Positions 41,528-51,245 are shown, numbered from the stretch's first letter. The stretch is 58,415 bases of DNA from an uncultured beta proteobacterium (GCA_903837335.1 CAILUH010000163.1:1-58415); one strand, 5' to 3'. Notes: generated by a model from the sequence alone, not told the origin. Made by a program: numbers and translations.

Positions 41528-44137
41528 ATGAAGACCGATTTACCATTAAGCTTTCGCAGGCTTGACTACACACCCCCAGCCTTTACTTTTACCCAAGTTG
41601 AACTAGACTTTGCGCTCAATCCCGAGCGCACCATCGTGAAGAGTCGCATTTCTGTTGAGCCCACATCAGGCGATCATCCTTCCTTGGTGTTACAAGGGCA
41701 AGACATCGAATTTATTAGCTTGCGAATTAATGGCCAAGCCCATCGCCATCTGGAAATTACGCCAGAACTATTAACAATTCATTCCTTGCCTAATAACGGT
41801 AAGGATGCATTTATTTTAGAAATTATCACGGCTTGCGTGCCAGCAAAAAATACGTCGTTGATGGGCTTGTATGTTTCGAACGGCAACTTTTTTACCCAGT
41901 GCGAAGCTGAAGGCTTTCGGAAGATTACTTACTTTTTAGATCGGCCCGATGTGATGGCGCGCTATCGAGTTACTTTGCGCGCAATTGAAGCTGACTTTCC
42001 AGTCTTGCTTTCTAACGGCAATTTAATTAGTGCCGAGCGCTTAGAAAATGGCTGGCATAGCGCAGTGTGGGAAGACCCATTTCCGAAGCCTTGCTACTTG
42101 TTTGCTTTAGTCGCCGGCAAGTTAGCCTGCGTAGAAAAAAAATTGATTTCGGCTAGTGGCGCTAGCAAGTTGTTGCAGGTCTGGGTAGAGCCCAGCGATT
42201 TAGAGAAAACGCAACATGCCCTCGATTCATTGGTCCATGCCATTCAATGGGATGAAAAACGCTTTGGCCTTGAGCTTGACTTAGAGCGCTTCATGATTGT
42301 GGCGGTAAGCGATTTCAATATGGGAGCCATGGAAAATAAAGGCTTAAATATTTTCAATACCAAATATGTGCTCGCTCAGCCTGAGACGGCAACCGATGCG
42401 GACTTTGCCGGGATTGAAAGTGTGGTTGCGCATGAATATTTTCATAATTGGACCGGCAATCGGGTGACTTGTCGCGATTGGTTCCAGTTGTCATTAAAAG
42501 AAGGCTTAACTGTTTTTCGCGATCAGGAATTTTCCGCCGATCAAATTGGTAGCGAATCGGGTAGGGCGGTAAGCCGTATTGCCGATGTGCGCTTATTGCG
42601 GGCGGCGCAGTTTCCCGAAGATGCTGGCCCTATGGCGCACCCAGTAAGACCCGATGCCTACCAAGAAATTAATAATTTTTATACGGTAACGATTTATGAA
42701 AAAGGTGCAGAAGTTGTGCGTATGTACCAAACCTTATTAGGGCGTGATGGGTTTCGTAAGGGCATAGACCTTTACTTTAAACGTCATGACGGGCAAGCGG
42801 TAACCTGCGATGATTTTTTAGCAGCCATGGCAGATGCCAATGGGCGTGATTTAAGTCAATTTGAATTTTGGTATAGCCAAGCTGGTACGCCGCGAGTAAG
42901 AGTAATAGAAAACTACGACTCGAGTAAGCAGCAATTCCAATTAACGCTTGTGCAAAGTTGCTCTACCAGTGCATCGCAAGCCGAGACTAAACCATTTCTA
43001 ATTCCCTTACGTATGCGCTTATTTATAGCGCAAGCGAATCAATTAAAGCCGTGCGGCGCAGAACAATTGCTTGAATTGAGCGCCACGACGCAAACTTGGA
43101 CTTTTCAAGCTGTGCCACAGCAGCCAATACTGTCCTTAAACCGCGGGTTTTCTGCGCCCATCATTTTAGATTTTGCGCAAAGCGAAGCAGATTTATTACT
43201 GCTCTTAGCAGGTGACGATGATCCCTTCAATCGGTGGGAAGCTGCACAGAAATTGGCTGTGGAATTGATCTTGGCTGGCCGTTTGCCAGATGCACGTTTA
43301 ATTGCAGCTTATCGTTCTATTCTGATCGATCCTGATTTAGATCCCGCCTTTAAAGATTTGGTCTTTTCTTTACCCGCTGAAAGTTATTTGTACGAACAAT
43401 GCGCAGCGATTGAGCCTTTACAAATTTATGCGGCAAGGCAAGCCTATCGACTTGCTCTAGCCAAATCGTTGCAGCCCGATTGGCTCAGCACTTATCAGTT
43501 AATGCAAACACCTGGACCTTACTCGCCTGATTCAGTGAGTGTGGGTAAGCGTGCTTTAAAAAATCTTGCCTTAGCCATGTTATTGCTAGCTGAACCACAA
43601 GGGGAAAGTGTTCAGCAGTTGGCCCTCGATCAATATCAGCAAGCCAATAATATGACCGATCGTTATGGCGCGCTCGCGGCGTTAGTGTTACAGGGCGCAC
43701 CTAAAGCAGCAGATTGCTTAGCTGATTTTTATCAACGCTTTGCTGATAACCCACTAGTGATCGATAAATGGTTTGCTTTACAGGCGATGTGTTCGCTTGA
43801 TGCTCCTTTGGAACGCGTCCGCGGTTTACGCAATCATCCTGCCTTCAAGATGACTAACCCCAACCGGGTACGCAGCTTGATTCATACTTTTTGCATGGCA
43901 AATCCAGCCGGGTTTCATCAATGGAATGGTGGGGGCTATGCTTTTTGGGCTGAAGCCGTGTTAGAACTCGATTTAATTAATCCGCAAGTAGCGGCTCGCT
44001 TGGCGCGCGCTGCAGATCGTTGGCGTTCCTTTGCTGAACCTTATCAAAGCAAGATGCGGGCAGCTTTAGAGCAGGTCGCAGCAAACCCTAAGCTCTCGGC
44101 TGATGTACGAGAAGTAGTGAATAAAGCTCTAGAATAA
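41528..44137 (+). CDS. pepN: Aminopeptidase N
   Basis: [23 protein letters not shown]...E. Confidence 0.96.
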   Translation: MKTDLPLSFRRLDYTPPAFTFTQVELDFALNPERTIVKSRISVEPTSGDHPSLVLQGQDIEFISLRINGQAHRHLEITPELLTIHSLPNNGKDAFILEIITACVPAKNTSLMGLYVSNGNFFTQCEAEGFRKITYFLDRPDVMARYRVTLRAIEADFPVLLSNGNLISAERLENGWHSAVWEDPFPKPCYLFALVAGKLACVEKKLISASGASKLLQVWVEPSDLEKTQHALDSLVHAIQWDEKRFGLELDLERFMIVAVSDFNMGAMENKGLNIFNTKYVLAQPETATDADFAGIESVVAHEYFHNWTGNRVTCRDWFQLSLKEGLTVFRDQEFSADQIGSESGRAVSRIADVRLLRAAQFPEDAGPMAHPVRPDAYQEINNFYTVTIYEKGAEVVRMYQTLLGRDGFRKGIDLYFKRHDGQAVTCDDFLAAMADANGRDLSQFEFWYSQAGTPRVRVIENYDSSKQQFQLTLVQSCSTSASQAETKPFLIPLRMRLFIAQANQLKPCGAEQLLELSATTQTWTFQAVPQQPILSLNRGFSAPIILDFAQSEADLLLLLAGDDDPFNRWEAAQKLAVELILAGRLPDARLIAAYRSILIDPDLDPAFKDLVFSLPAESYLYEQCAAIEPLQIYAARQAYRLALAKSLQPDWLSTYQLMQTPGPYSPDSVSVGKRALKNLALAMLLLAEPQGESVQQLALDQYQQANNMTDRYGALAALVLQGAPKAADCLADFYQRFADNPLVIDKWFALQAMCSLDAPLERVRGLRNHPAFKMTNPNRVRSLIHTFCMANPAGFHQWNGGGYAFWAEAVLELDLINPQVAARLARAADRWRSFAEPYQSKMRAALEQVAANPKLSADVREVVNKALE

Positions 44138-44141
44138 GACC

Positions 44142-45128
44142 ATGAATTTTAAATCCTACTTAGCCACACTGCGTGTTCAAGACCAAGCCTTGCCAGAGGG
44201 ATTGCAGGAGCTGTTATTAGCCTTAAGCCATGCCTGTAGCGGCTTGAGTCAGGCGGTTGCCCAAGGCCCCCTCATTGGCTTATTGGGCTCAGCAGGCACT
44301 GGTAATGTGCAAGGTGAAGTGCAGCAAAAGTTAGATGTGATTGCCAATGACACGTTAATTGCTGGGCTAAGTGGGTGTAGCGCTTTAGCAGGCATTGCCT
44401 CAGAAGAAATGGAATTACCAATTCCAGTGGGTTCGGGAGAGGGCAGTTACTTGGTCTTGTTTGATCCACTCGATGGTTCTTCTAACATCGATGTGAATGT
44501 ATCCATCGGCACCATTTTTTCTATATTAAAAAAACCTATTCCTAATGCACCGCTAGAACCAAATGATTTTTTGCAAGCAGGTTCGCAGCAAGTAGCAGCA
44601 GGGTATGTGGTGTATGGCCCGCAAACGACTTTAGTCATGAGCTTAGGCGCGGGTGTTGACCTTTTTACGCTTGATCCCATAACAGACCAATTTATGTTGA
44701 CTAAAGAGAGCATCCGCATTCCGCAAGCGGCCAAAGAATTTGCCATCAATATGTCGAATTCGCGGCACTGGGCTAAACCGGTACAGCGCTACATTGAAGA
44801 ATGTCTAGCGGGTGTAACAGGAGTGCGCCAAAAAGATTTCAATATGCGTTGGATCGCCTCGATGGTTGCCGATGTGCATCGCGTCTTGATGCGCGGTGGA
44901 GTATTTATGTACCCCTGGGATCAGCGCGAGCCTAATAAGCCGGGCAAGTTGCGTTTAATGTATGAGGCCAATCCGATGGGTTTTTTAGTCGAACAAGCCG
45001 GCGGACAGGCGATCGATGGCAAACAGCGTATTTTGGAAATTAAGCCGACTACGCTGCATCAGCGGGTATCCGTGATGCTGGGGGCAGGCGAAGAAATTGA
45101 ACGCTTACGTACTTATCATTTAGCCTAA
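44142..45128 (+). CDS. fbp: Class 1 fructose-1,6-bisphosphatase
   Basis: [30 protein letters not shown]. Confidence 0.96.
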   Translation: MNFKSYLATLRVQDQALPEGLQELLLALSHACSGLSQAVAQGPLIGLLGSAGTGNVQGEVQQKLDVIANDTLIAGLSGCSALAGIASEEMELPIPVGSGEGSYLVLFDPLDGSSNIDVNVSIGTIFSILKKPIPNAPLEPNDFLQAGSQQVAAGYVVYGPQTTLVMSLGAGVDLFTLDPITDQFMLTKESIRIPQAAKEFAINMSNSRHWAKPVQRYIEECLAGVTGVRQKDFNMRWIASMVADVHRVLMRGGVFMYPWDQREPNKPGKLRLMYEANPMGFLVEQAGGQAIDGKQRILEIKPTTLHQRVSVMLGAGEEIERLRTYHLA

Positions 45129-45175
45129 GATTTATTTACCACTTTGGCCTAAGCTAAAATTTCTACTAGCTTTAA

Positions 45176-45251
45176 GCCGGAATAGCTCAGTTGGTAGAGC
45201 AGCGCATTCGTAATGCGAAGGTCGGAGGTTCGATTCCTCTTTCCGGCACCA
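45176..45251 (+). tRNA. tRNA-Thr (anticodon CGT)
   Basis: 76-nt cloverleaf GCCGGAA...TTCGTAA loop...GGTTCGATTCC...TTCCGGCACCA. Confidence 0.97.
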
Positions 45252-45360
45252 CTTAGTAGCACCATTTAGTACTAATTTCAATATACTATTGTCTACCGCT
45301 ATGTACATCAGCATATATGCAAGCACTAGCGTTTTATTCTGTATTAGAAAGTAAATTGCC

Positions 45361-45726
45361 ATGAAAGCTTTGACACTTGTTTTTATCCCCGTATTTTTAG
45401 TCGCTTGCGCTGGCGCCCAAGTGAAGCCGATTGTGGATATGCAGGGTGTCGATCAAGCTAAATACGATACCGATTTACAGCAGTGTCAGGCTTACGCAAC
45501 GCAACAAGATGGCGCAGTGAAATCTGGTGCAACCGATGCGGCAATTGGCGTTGCCGCTGGCGCCTTATTAGGCTTGGTTGCAGGCGGAACAGGCTCGAAT
45601 ATTGCTCAGGCTGCAGGTGTCGGTGGCATTGTTGGCGGCGGGCTGGGACTTTACCAGGGCAATAAGGCCCAAGAGAATATCGTGATAACTTGTTTGAGAG
45701 GCCGTGGGTATAAGGTCCTTAATTAA
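45361..45726 (+). CDS. Glycine-zipper lipoprotein
   Basis: Lipobox LVAC, DLQQC, GxxxG repeats, C-terminal CLRGRGYKVLN. Confidence 0.8.
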   Translation: MKALTLVFIPVFLVACAGAQVKPIVDMQGVDQAKYDTDLQQCQAYATQQDGAVKSGATDAAIGVAAGALLGLVAGGTGSNIAQAAGVGGIVGGGLGLYQGNKAQENIVITCLRGRGYKVLN

Positions 45727-45794
45727 AGGTGCAGCGTCAGATATAAGGGTTTTTACTAGTTATTGTTCATATCTAGACCAAGAAATTGGCTATA

Positions 45795-45808
45795 TTGATT
45801 GCGGTCAA
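45795..45808 (+). promoter_or_regulatory. Crp/Fnr-type site TTGAT-N4-GTCAA upstream of tctC
   Basis: Matches the half-sites of the palindrome upstream of oxc at 9 of 10 positions. Confidence 0.5.
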
Positions 45809-45903
45809 CAAAAGATTCCCGGTTTTAATGAAAAATCAGTGCATCAATTTTTAGAAGCCAAGGTAAGATTGGTTTCTAACATTTTTAAATTCGGAGTAAA
45901 TAC

Positions 45904-46905
45904 ATGAAACAGCGCAACAGGTTTTTTTTAGGGTTGGCTATCGCGTTTACAGCTATCACTGTTAGCCCCGCATGGGCAGCTTGGGAGCCAACCAAACCAG
46001 TTGAATTTATTATTCCTGCCGGCCCTGGTGGTGGTGCTGATCAAATGGCGCGCATGATTCAAGGCATTATTACGAAAAATAATCTGATGAAGCAGTCAGT
46101 TATTCCGGTAAATAAAGCAGCTGGTGCAGGCGCAGAGGGCTTCTTGGCGATGAAAGAGGCTAAAGGCGATCCCCATAAAATTGTGATTACGCTCTCTAAT
46201 TTGTTTACTACGCCGTTAGCTACTGGTGTGCCGTTCAATTGGCGCGATATGACACCTGTAGCGATGATGGCTCTAGACCAATTTGTTTTGTGGGATAACG
46301 CGGAAAAACCATATAAAACTGCAAAAGAGTTTATTGATGCAGCTAAGGCTGCAGGCCCGGGTAAATTTAAGATGGGCGGTACTGGTTCTAAACAAGAAGA
46401 TCAAATTATTACTGTTGCTTTAGAAAAAGCCACTGGTGCTAAGTTCACTTATATCCCCTTTAAAGGCGGCGGTGATGTGGCGGTGCAATTGGTTGGTAAT
46501 CATGTTGATTCTTCAGTCAATAATCCCATTGAGGCAGTGGCGCAATGGCGGGCAGGAAAATTACGCGCTTTATGCGTGTTTGATGAAAAGCGCATGCCTT
46601 ATAAAGAGAAGATTACCCCCACTCAATCTTGGTATGACGTGCCTACCTGCAAGGAAGTAGGCGTACCTACTGACTATGTCATGTTGCGCGGTATATTTAT
46701 GTCCCCAGGTGTTTCACAGGAGCAGGTTGATTACTTTATCGGCGTTCTCAAAAAGGTGCGCGAGACACCAGAGTGGAAGAAATTTATGGCGGATGGCGCA
46801 TTTAACCAAACCTTCATGACTGGCCAAGAGTATGTGAATTGGCTCGGCAAAAATGAAGCCTTACACGTAAAGCTCATGAAAGAAGCGGGCTTTATCGCCC
46901 AGTAA
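45904..46905 (+). CDS. tctC: Tripartite tricarboxylate transporter substrate-binding protein (TctC/Bug)
   Basis: Signal peptide, PAGPGGGADQMAR, YIPFKGGG. Confidence 0.9.
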   Translation: MKQRNRFFLGLAIAFTAITVSPAWAAWEPTKPVEFIIPAGPGGGADQMARMIQGIITKNNLMKQSVIPVNKAAGAGAEGFLAMKEAKGDPHKIVITLSNLFTTPLATGVPFNWRDMTPVAMMALDQFVLWDNAEKPYKTAKEFIDAAKAAGPGKFKMGGTGSKQEDQIITVALEKATGAKFTYIPFKGGGDVAVQLVGNHVDSSVNNPIEAVAQWRAGKLRALCVFDEKRMPYKEKITPTQSWYDVPTCKEVGVPTDYVMLRGIFMSPGVSQEQVDYFIGVLKKVRETPEWKKFMADGAFNQTFMTGQEYVNWLGKNEALHVKLMKEAGFIAQ

Positions 46906-46952
46906 TTGGCCTAATTTTTATTTAAATGTATTTTTCTTTATTCGATTGAACT

Positions 46953-47471
46953 ATGTCTGAACCTTCAAAGCAAGAAATGGTCGTTAGTGTTAGAACGATG
47001 GAAATTATTACCGCCTTATTATTTTTAATTTTTGGTTTTGTCGTGATGACGGGGAGTATTAAGTTAGGCGCATCTTGGGGCAGTGATGGCCCGCAATCGG
47101 GTTACTTCCCCTTTTACATCAGTTTAATTATTTTACTGTCAAGCACAGTTACTTTATATCAAGCGGTCTTTCAAAGTAAACCACAAAAAGATGAAGCATT
47201 CGTCGAAAAAGAGCCTTTCCGCCAAGTGATGGCGGTTTTTCTGCCGGCCCTTGTTTTTGTCTTGGGCGTGCAGCTCATTGGTATTTATGTCTCAGCTGCA
47301 ATTTACATTGCCGTATTTATGGTGTGGTTAGGTAAGTACGCTTACTGGAAGGCTATTGCCGTTGGTGTGGGGGTGAGTGTGGCCTTATATGTGCTATTTG
47401 AAATCTGGTTTCAGGTGCCACTACCGCATGGCTCGTGGTTTAACCCCTTAGCTTTATTTGGTATGCAATAA
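46953..47471 (+). CDS. tctB: Tripartite tricarboxylate transporter small membrane subunit
   Basis: Small hydrophobic protein, GPQSGYFP, FQVPLP; lies between tctC and tctA. Confidence 0.88.
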   Translation: MSEPSKQEMVVSVRTMEIITALLFLIFGFVVMTGSIKLGASWGSDGPQSGYFPFYISLIILLSSTVTLYQAVFQSKPQKDEAFVEKEPFRQVMAVFLPALVFVLGVQLIGIYVSAAIYIAVFMVWLGKYAYWKAIAVGVGVSVALYVLFEIWFQVPLPHGSWFNPLALFGMQ

Positions 47472-47521
47472 AAATTAAAATTCGCATAGAGCACACTTCA
47501 CCGCATCTTTAGGAGTTTACG

Positions 47522-49027
47522 TTGGAAGAAATTAATTTACTGTTTCAGGGTTTTGCGGTTGCAATGACACCGTTTAATTTATTGCTGATGTTAGTCGGTG
47601 TAACGTTGGGAGTCATTATTGGGGTGTTGCCAGGTTTGGGAGGCGCTAACGGCATTGCGATTTTATTGCCCCTGACATTTACGATGCCGCCTACTTCCGC
47701 GATCATCATGCTCTCTTGTATTTATTGGGGCGCTTTGTTTGGTGGGGCGATTACTTCGATCTTATTTAATATTCCTGGCGAACCTTGGTCGGTGGCAACG
47801 ACGTTTGACGGTTACCCCATGGCACGGAATGGAAAAGCTGGCGCCGCCTTAACTACTGCATTCACCTCTTCATTTGTGGGCGCGTTTTTTGCCATTGTGA
47901 TGATTACTTTCTTAGCGCCATTGGTCGCAAAGTTTGCTTTGCAATTTGGGCCGCCTGAATTCTTTGCAGTCTATTTTTTAACCTTCTGTAGTTTTGTGGG
48001 GATGAATAAAGGTTCGCCATTTAAAGTGATCTCTGCCATGATGCTGGGTTTTGCCTTAGCTACTGTTGGGATGGATACCGTTACAGGTCAATTACGCTTA
48101 ACTTTTGGTAACCCTGAATTAATGCGCGGTTTTGATTTCTTAATTGCGGTGATTGGCTTATTTGGCATTGGCGAGATTCTTTTGTCGATGGAAGAAGGGC
48201 TTTCATTCTCCGGGGCAACCGCCAAAATTCGGAGTCAAATTGTTTGGGAGACCTGGAAGCAGTTACCCAAATATTGGGCCACTTCCTTGCGTAGTTGTTT
48301 AATTGGTTGCTGGATGGGTATTACTCCCGGCGGCGCCACTCCAGCTTCATTTATGTCCTACGGGGTAGCAAAACGGGTCTCTAAGCGGGGTGAAAACTTT
48401 GGCAAAGGCGAGATGGAGGGAATTATTGCACCTGAAACAGCGGCCCATGCAGCCGGTACTGCGGCCTTGTTGCCCATGCTTTCCTTGGGAATCCCAGGCT
48501 CGCCAACGGCAGCCGTGCTATTGGGTGGCTTATTAATTTGGGGACTGCAGCCCGGTCCATTACTATTTGTCGAGAAACCAGACTTCGTTTGGGGTTTAAT
48601 CGCCAGTATGTACTTGGGTAACTTAGCCGGTTTATTTGTCGTTTTAACCTGCGTACCTTTATTTGCGTCAATTTTGCGCATTCCTTTTTCGATCATTGCA
48701 CCCGTCATTATTGTGATCTGTGCGGTGGGTGCCTATACGGTACATAACGCAAATTTCGATGTTTGGTTGATGATGGGCTTTGGGGTGCTGGGCTATCTCT
48801 TTAAGAAGTTAGATTACCCCATGGCGCCAATGGTATTAGCCTTGGTACTGGGAGATCGGGCGGAAGATTCCTTCCGGCAATCAATGTTGCTCTCCCAGGG
48901 TAGCTTAGAGATCTTTTTCTCCAATTACCTAGTTGGCACCATTACGGCCTTGGCTTTAGGACTCTTGCTCTGGCCTTTGGTCGGCAAATTGACTAAAAAG
49001 CGGGCTGTTCAAGCGGGTACTAGTTAG
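47522..49027 (+). CDS. tctA: Tripartite tricarboxylate transporter large membrane subunit
   Basis: GVLPGLGG, ILFNIPGEP..TTFDGYPM, LSLGIPGS; TTG start after AGGAG. Confidence 0.92.
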   Translation: MEEINLLFQGFAVAMTPFNLLLMLVGVTLGVIIGVLPGLGGANGIAILLPLTFTMPPTSAIIMLSCIYWGALFGGAITSILFNIPGEPWSVATTFDGYPMARNGKAGAALTTAFTSSFVGAFFAIVMITFLAPLVAKFALQFGPPEFFAVYFLTFCSFVGMNKGSPFKVISAMMLGFALATVGMDTVTGQLRLTFGNPELMRGFDFLIAVIGLFGIGEILLSMEEGLSFSGATAKIRSQIVWETWKQLPKYWATSLRSCLIGCWMGITPGGATPASFMSYGVAKRVSKRGENFGKGEMEGIIAPETAAHAAGTAALLPMLSLGIPGSPTAAVLLGGLLIWGLQPGPLLFVEKPDFVWGLIASMYLGNLAGLFVVLTCVPLFASILRIPFSIIAPVIIVICAVGAYTVHNANFDVWLMMGFGVLGYLFKKLDYPMAPMVLALVLGDRAEDSFRQSMLLSQGSLEIFFSNYLVGTITALALGLLLWPLVGKLTKKRAVQAGTS

Positions 49028-49096
49028 CTAAATAAGCCCTTCTAGCCCATGGCGCCCCCTCAAGCGGCCCCCTCGCGCCTGCATAAGCGCCCCACA

Positions 49097-49124
49097 GACA
49101 ATAGCCCTTTTTGGGCTATTTGTC
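49097..49124 (+). terminator. Hairpin downstream of tctA
   Basis: AATAGCCC-TTTTT-GGGCTATT inverted repeat. Confidence 0.5.
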
Positions 49125-49170
49125 CTTTATCTATATAGGTATATCCCCTAGGTAGATTTCACCCAAAATA

Positions 49171-49214
49171 TGTAAAATTTAGTTGACAAGTCATTGTGTA
49201 ATTTTTATATTACA
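49171..49214 (+). promoter_or_regulatory. Tandem PpsR/CrtJ operators overlapping a sigma70 promoter of pucBAC
   Basis: TGT-N12-ACA at 49171-49188 and 49197-49214, 8 bp apart; TTGACA(49183-88)-N17-TATATT(49206-11). Confidence 0.88.
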
Positions 49215-49321
49215 CATGTAGTCGAAGTGGATTTAAAGTTTCATGCAAGTCGCTATTAGTCATAAAACCCTCGTGCGGGTTTGGCACGCAAGTAGTTTTT
49301 ATTTCGATGGGAGACAAAACA

Positions 49322-49471
49322 ATGTCAAACGGAAATGTAAGCCTAACCGGCTTAAATGATGCTGAATCGGAAGAGTTGCACCGTAATCTGATTCAAGGGA
49401 CCCAGTTTTTCGGCATGATTGCAGCTCTTGCCCATTTACTGGCTTATATCTACTCGCCTTGGCTTAAATAA
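49322..49471 (+). CDS. pucB: Peripheral light-harvesting (LH2-type) beta polypeptide, 49 aa
   Basis: Not in the ORF track. MSNGNVSLTGLNDAESEELHRNLIQGTQFFGMIAALAHLLAYIYSPWLK has the TGLxxAExEELH motif, AxxAH BChl ligand and terminal PW; GGGAG RBS. Confidence 0.93.
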   Translation: MSNGNVSLTGLNDAESEELHRNLIQGTQFFGMIAALAHLLAYIYSPWLK

Positions 49472-49487
49472 AAAGAGGAGATCAAAG

Positions 49488-49718
49488 ATGATTTACGGAA
49501 AAATGTGGACCGTTGTAAAACCCACCGTTGGAATTCCTATTTTTATTGCAGCGGTTGCGATTAGTTCTTTCTGCGTTCATTTAGCAATTGTTTCTAACAC
49601 GACTTGGGTCAAAGCTTTTTTACAAGGCAATGCACCAATGCCGGCATCGATGGCAGCGGCACCCATGGCAGCACCCATGGCAGCAGCACCCATGGCAGCA
49701 CCTGCAGCGAAGAAGTAA
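49488..49718 (+). CDS. pucA: Peripheral light-harvesting (LH2-type) alpha polypeptide, 76 aa
   Basis: MIYGKMWTVVKPTVGIP...VH(31)...TTW(40). True start is ATG 49488 after GAGGAG, not 49419. Confidence 0.92.
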   Translation: MIYGKMWTVVKPTVGIPIFIAAVAISSFCVHLAIVSNTTWVKAFLQGNAPMPASMAAAPMAAPMAAAPMAAPAAKK

Positions 49719-49738
49719 AGTACTTTAGCTTTTCGTGC

Positions 49739-49772
49739 ATGGCTGGGATCGCACATCCCAGCCATTTTCTTT
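49739..49772 (+). terminator. pucA-pucC intercistronic stem-loop (partial terminator or stabiliser)
   Basis: ATGGCTGGGAT-CGCAC-ATCCCAGCCAT followed by TTTCTTT. Confidence 0.75.
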
Positions 49773-49797
49773 GCAGCGCTAAGGTAAAATTTTTTAG

Positions 49798-51198
49798 ATG
49801 AACCGAGTAACTAAAAAGTTAATTCAAGGTTGGTCGGAGCTGGGGCCACGCTTTTTACCTTTTGCTGACGCTGCCTCAGCTGATTTACCTTTATCGCGCC
49901 TCTTACGGCTATCTCTTTTTCAAGTATCGGTTGGCATGGCTTTAGTGCTATTGGTTGGCACTTTGAATCGGGTCATGATTGTTGAGTTACATGTACCTGC
50001 ATCAATTGTTTCGGTCATGATTTCATTGCCGATTTTGTTTGCCCCCTTTCGTGCCTTAATTGGCTTTCGTTCAGATAACCACCAGTCGGCTTTAGGGTGG
50101 AGAAGGGTACCTTATATTTGGATGGGTACCTTAGTGCAATTTGGCGGCTTGGCGATCATGCCATTTGCTTTATTGGTTTTATCTGGCGGCGGTCAATCGA
50201 GTCAAGCGCCAGTCTGGATTGGTTGGGCAGCCTCAGCCCTAGCTTTTCTTTTTGTTGGTGCAGGTGTGCACATGACACAAACAGTTGGGCTTGCGCTAGC
50301 TACTGATTTAGCGCCGGTTGAAGCGCAGCCGAAAGTGGTGGGTTTAATGTACGTCATGCAACTCTTTGGCATGATTATTAGTGCCTTGGCTTTTGGTTTG
50401 GCCCTCGAGCAATTTAGCCCTGCACGTTTAATTCAGGTGATTCAAGCCTCAGCATTGATTACGCTTATTTTGAATGTGATTGCTTTATGGAAGCAGGAAA
50501 CACGAACCCAAATTCGGAGTCGCGCTAATCAAGCTGAGCCCTCCTTTATGCAATCATGGCGTACTTTTACTGCCGGTGGAAATGCGGTACGGCGTTTGGT
50601 CGTTGTGGGATTTGGCACGATGGCATTTAGTATGAATGACGTGCTCTTAGAGCCCTATGGCGGTGAGTTGTTAAAAATGAGTGTGAGCGCAACTACTGCT
50701 TTAACGGCGACCTTAGCGATTGGTGGGCTCTGGGGTTTTACCTGGGCATCAAGGGTCTTGAGTCGCGGCAGCGATCCTTTTCGCATGGCCACATTGGGTG
50801 CTTATGTTGGCATTCCGGCGTTTATTTTTGTTATTGCAGCAGCGCCATTGCAGGTCACACTCGTCTTTATTTTGGGCACTTTTTTAATTGGCTTTGGCGG
50901 CGGTCTATTTAGTCATGGCACGCTTACGGCAACCATGAACTTTGCGCCTGCTGAGCAAAGAGGCTTAGCTCTAGGGGCATGGGGGGCAGTACAAGCTTCG
51001 GCTGCAGGAATTGCGATTGGCTTGGGTGGGGTGATTCGCGATCTCGTAGTGGCCTTAGGGAACGCTAAGCTTCTACCAGAGGCCCTAAATGGGCCAGCAA
51101 TTGGCTATTCCTTGGTTTACGCTTTGGAAATTGGCTTATTAATCGTCACAATTTTGGCCATGATGCCGCTTTTACGAACGCAAAGTAGTAGCAAATGA
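49798..51198 (+). CDS. pucC: PucC/LhaA (BCD-family MFS) antenna assembly protein
   Basis: LPFADAAS..LPLSRLLRLSLFQVSVGM, TLNRVMIVEL, GWRRVPYIW, LLEPYGG, GLALGAWGAVQA. Confidence 0.93.
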   Translation: MNRVTKKLIQGWSELGPRFLPFADAASADLPLSRLLRLSLFQVSVGMALVLLVGTLNRVMIVELHVPASIVSVMISLPILFAPFRALIGFRSDNHQSALGWRRVPYIWMGTLVQFGGLAIMPFALLVLSGGGQSSQAPVWIGWAASALAFLFVGAGVHMTQTVGLALATDLAPVEAQPKVVGLMYVMQLFGMIISALAFGLALEQFSPARLIQVIQASALITLILNVIALWKQETRTQIRSRANQAEPSFMQSWRTFTAGGNAVRRLVVVGFGTMAFSMNDVLLEPYGGELLKMSVSATTALTATLAIGGLWGFTWASRVLSRGSDPFRMATLGAYVGIPAFIFVIAAAPLQVTLVFILGTFLIGFGGGLFSHGTLTATMNFAPAEQRGLALGAWGAVQASAAGIAIGLGGVIRDLVVALGNAKLLPEALNGPAIGYSLVYALEIGLLIVTILAMMPLLRTQSSSK

Positions 51199-51245
51199 AC
51201 TATTTTCTTATAAAATAGTTTAACTTTAACTAGAGGAGACTTAAC

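Noticed and set aside
45132-45362. 76-aa minus-strand ORF
   Set aside because: Antisense shadow of tRNA-Thr.
45176-45730. tRNA-Thr as an integration site for an island
   Set aside because: No integrase and no repeated tRNA 3' end seen in the window.
49419-49487. N-terminal extension of the 99-aa ORF (49419..49718)
   Set aside because: It overlaps pucB in another frame; the real pucA start is ATG 49488, which has an RBS and puts His at position 31.
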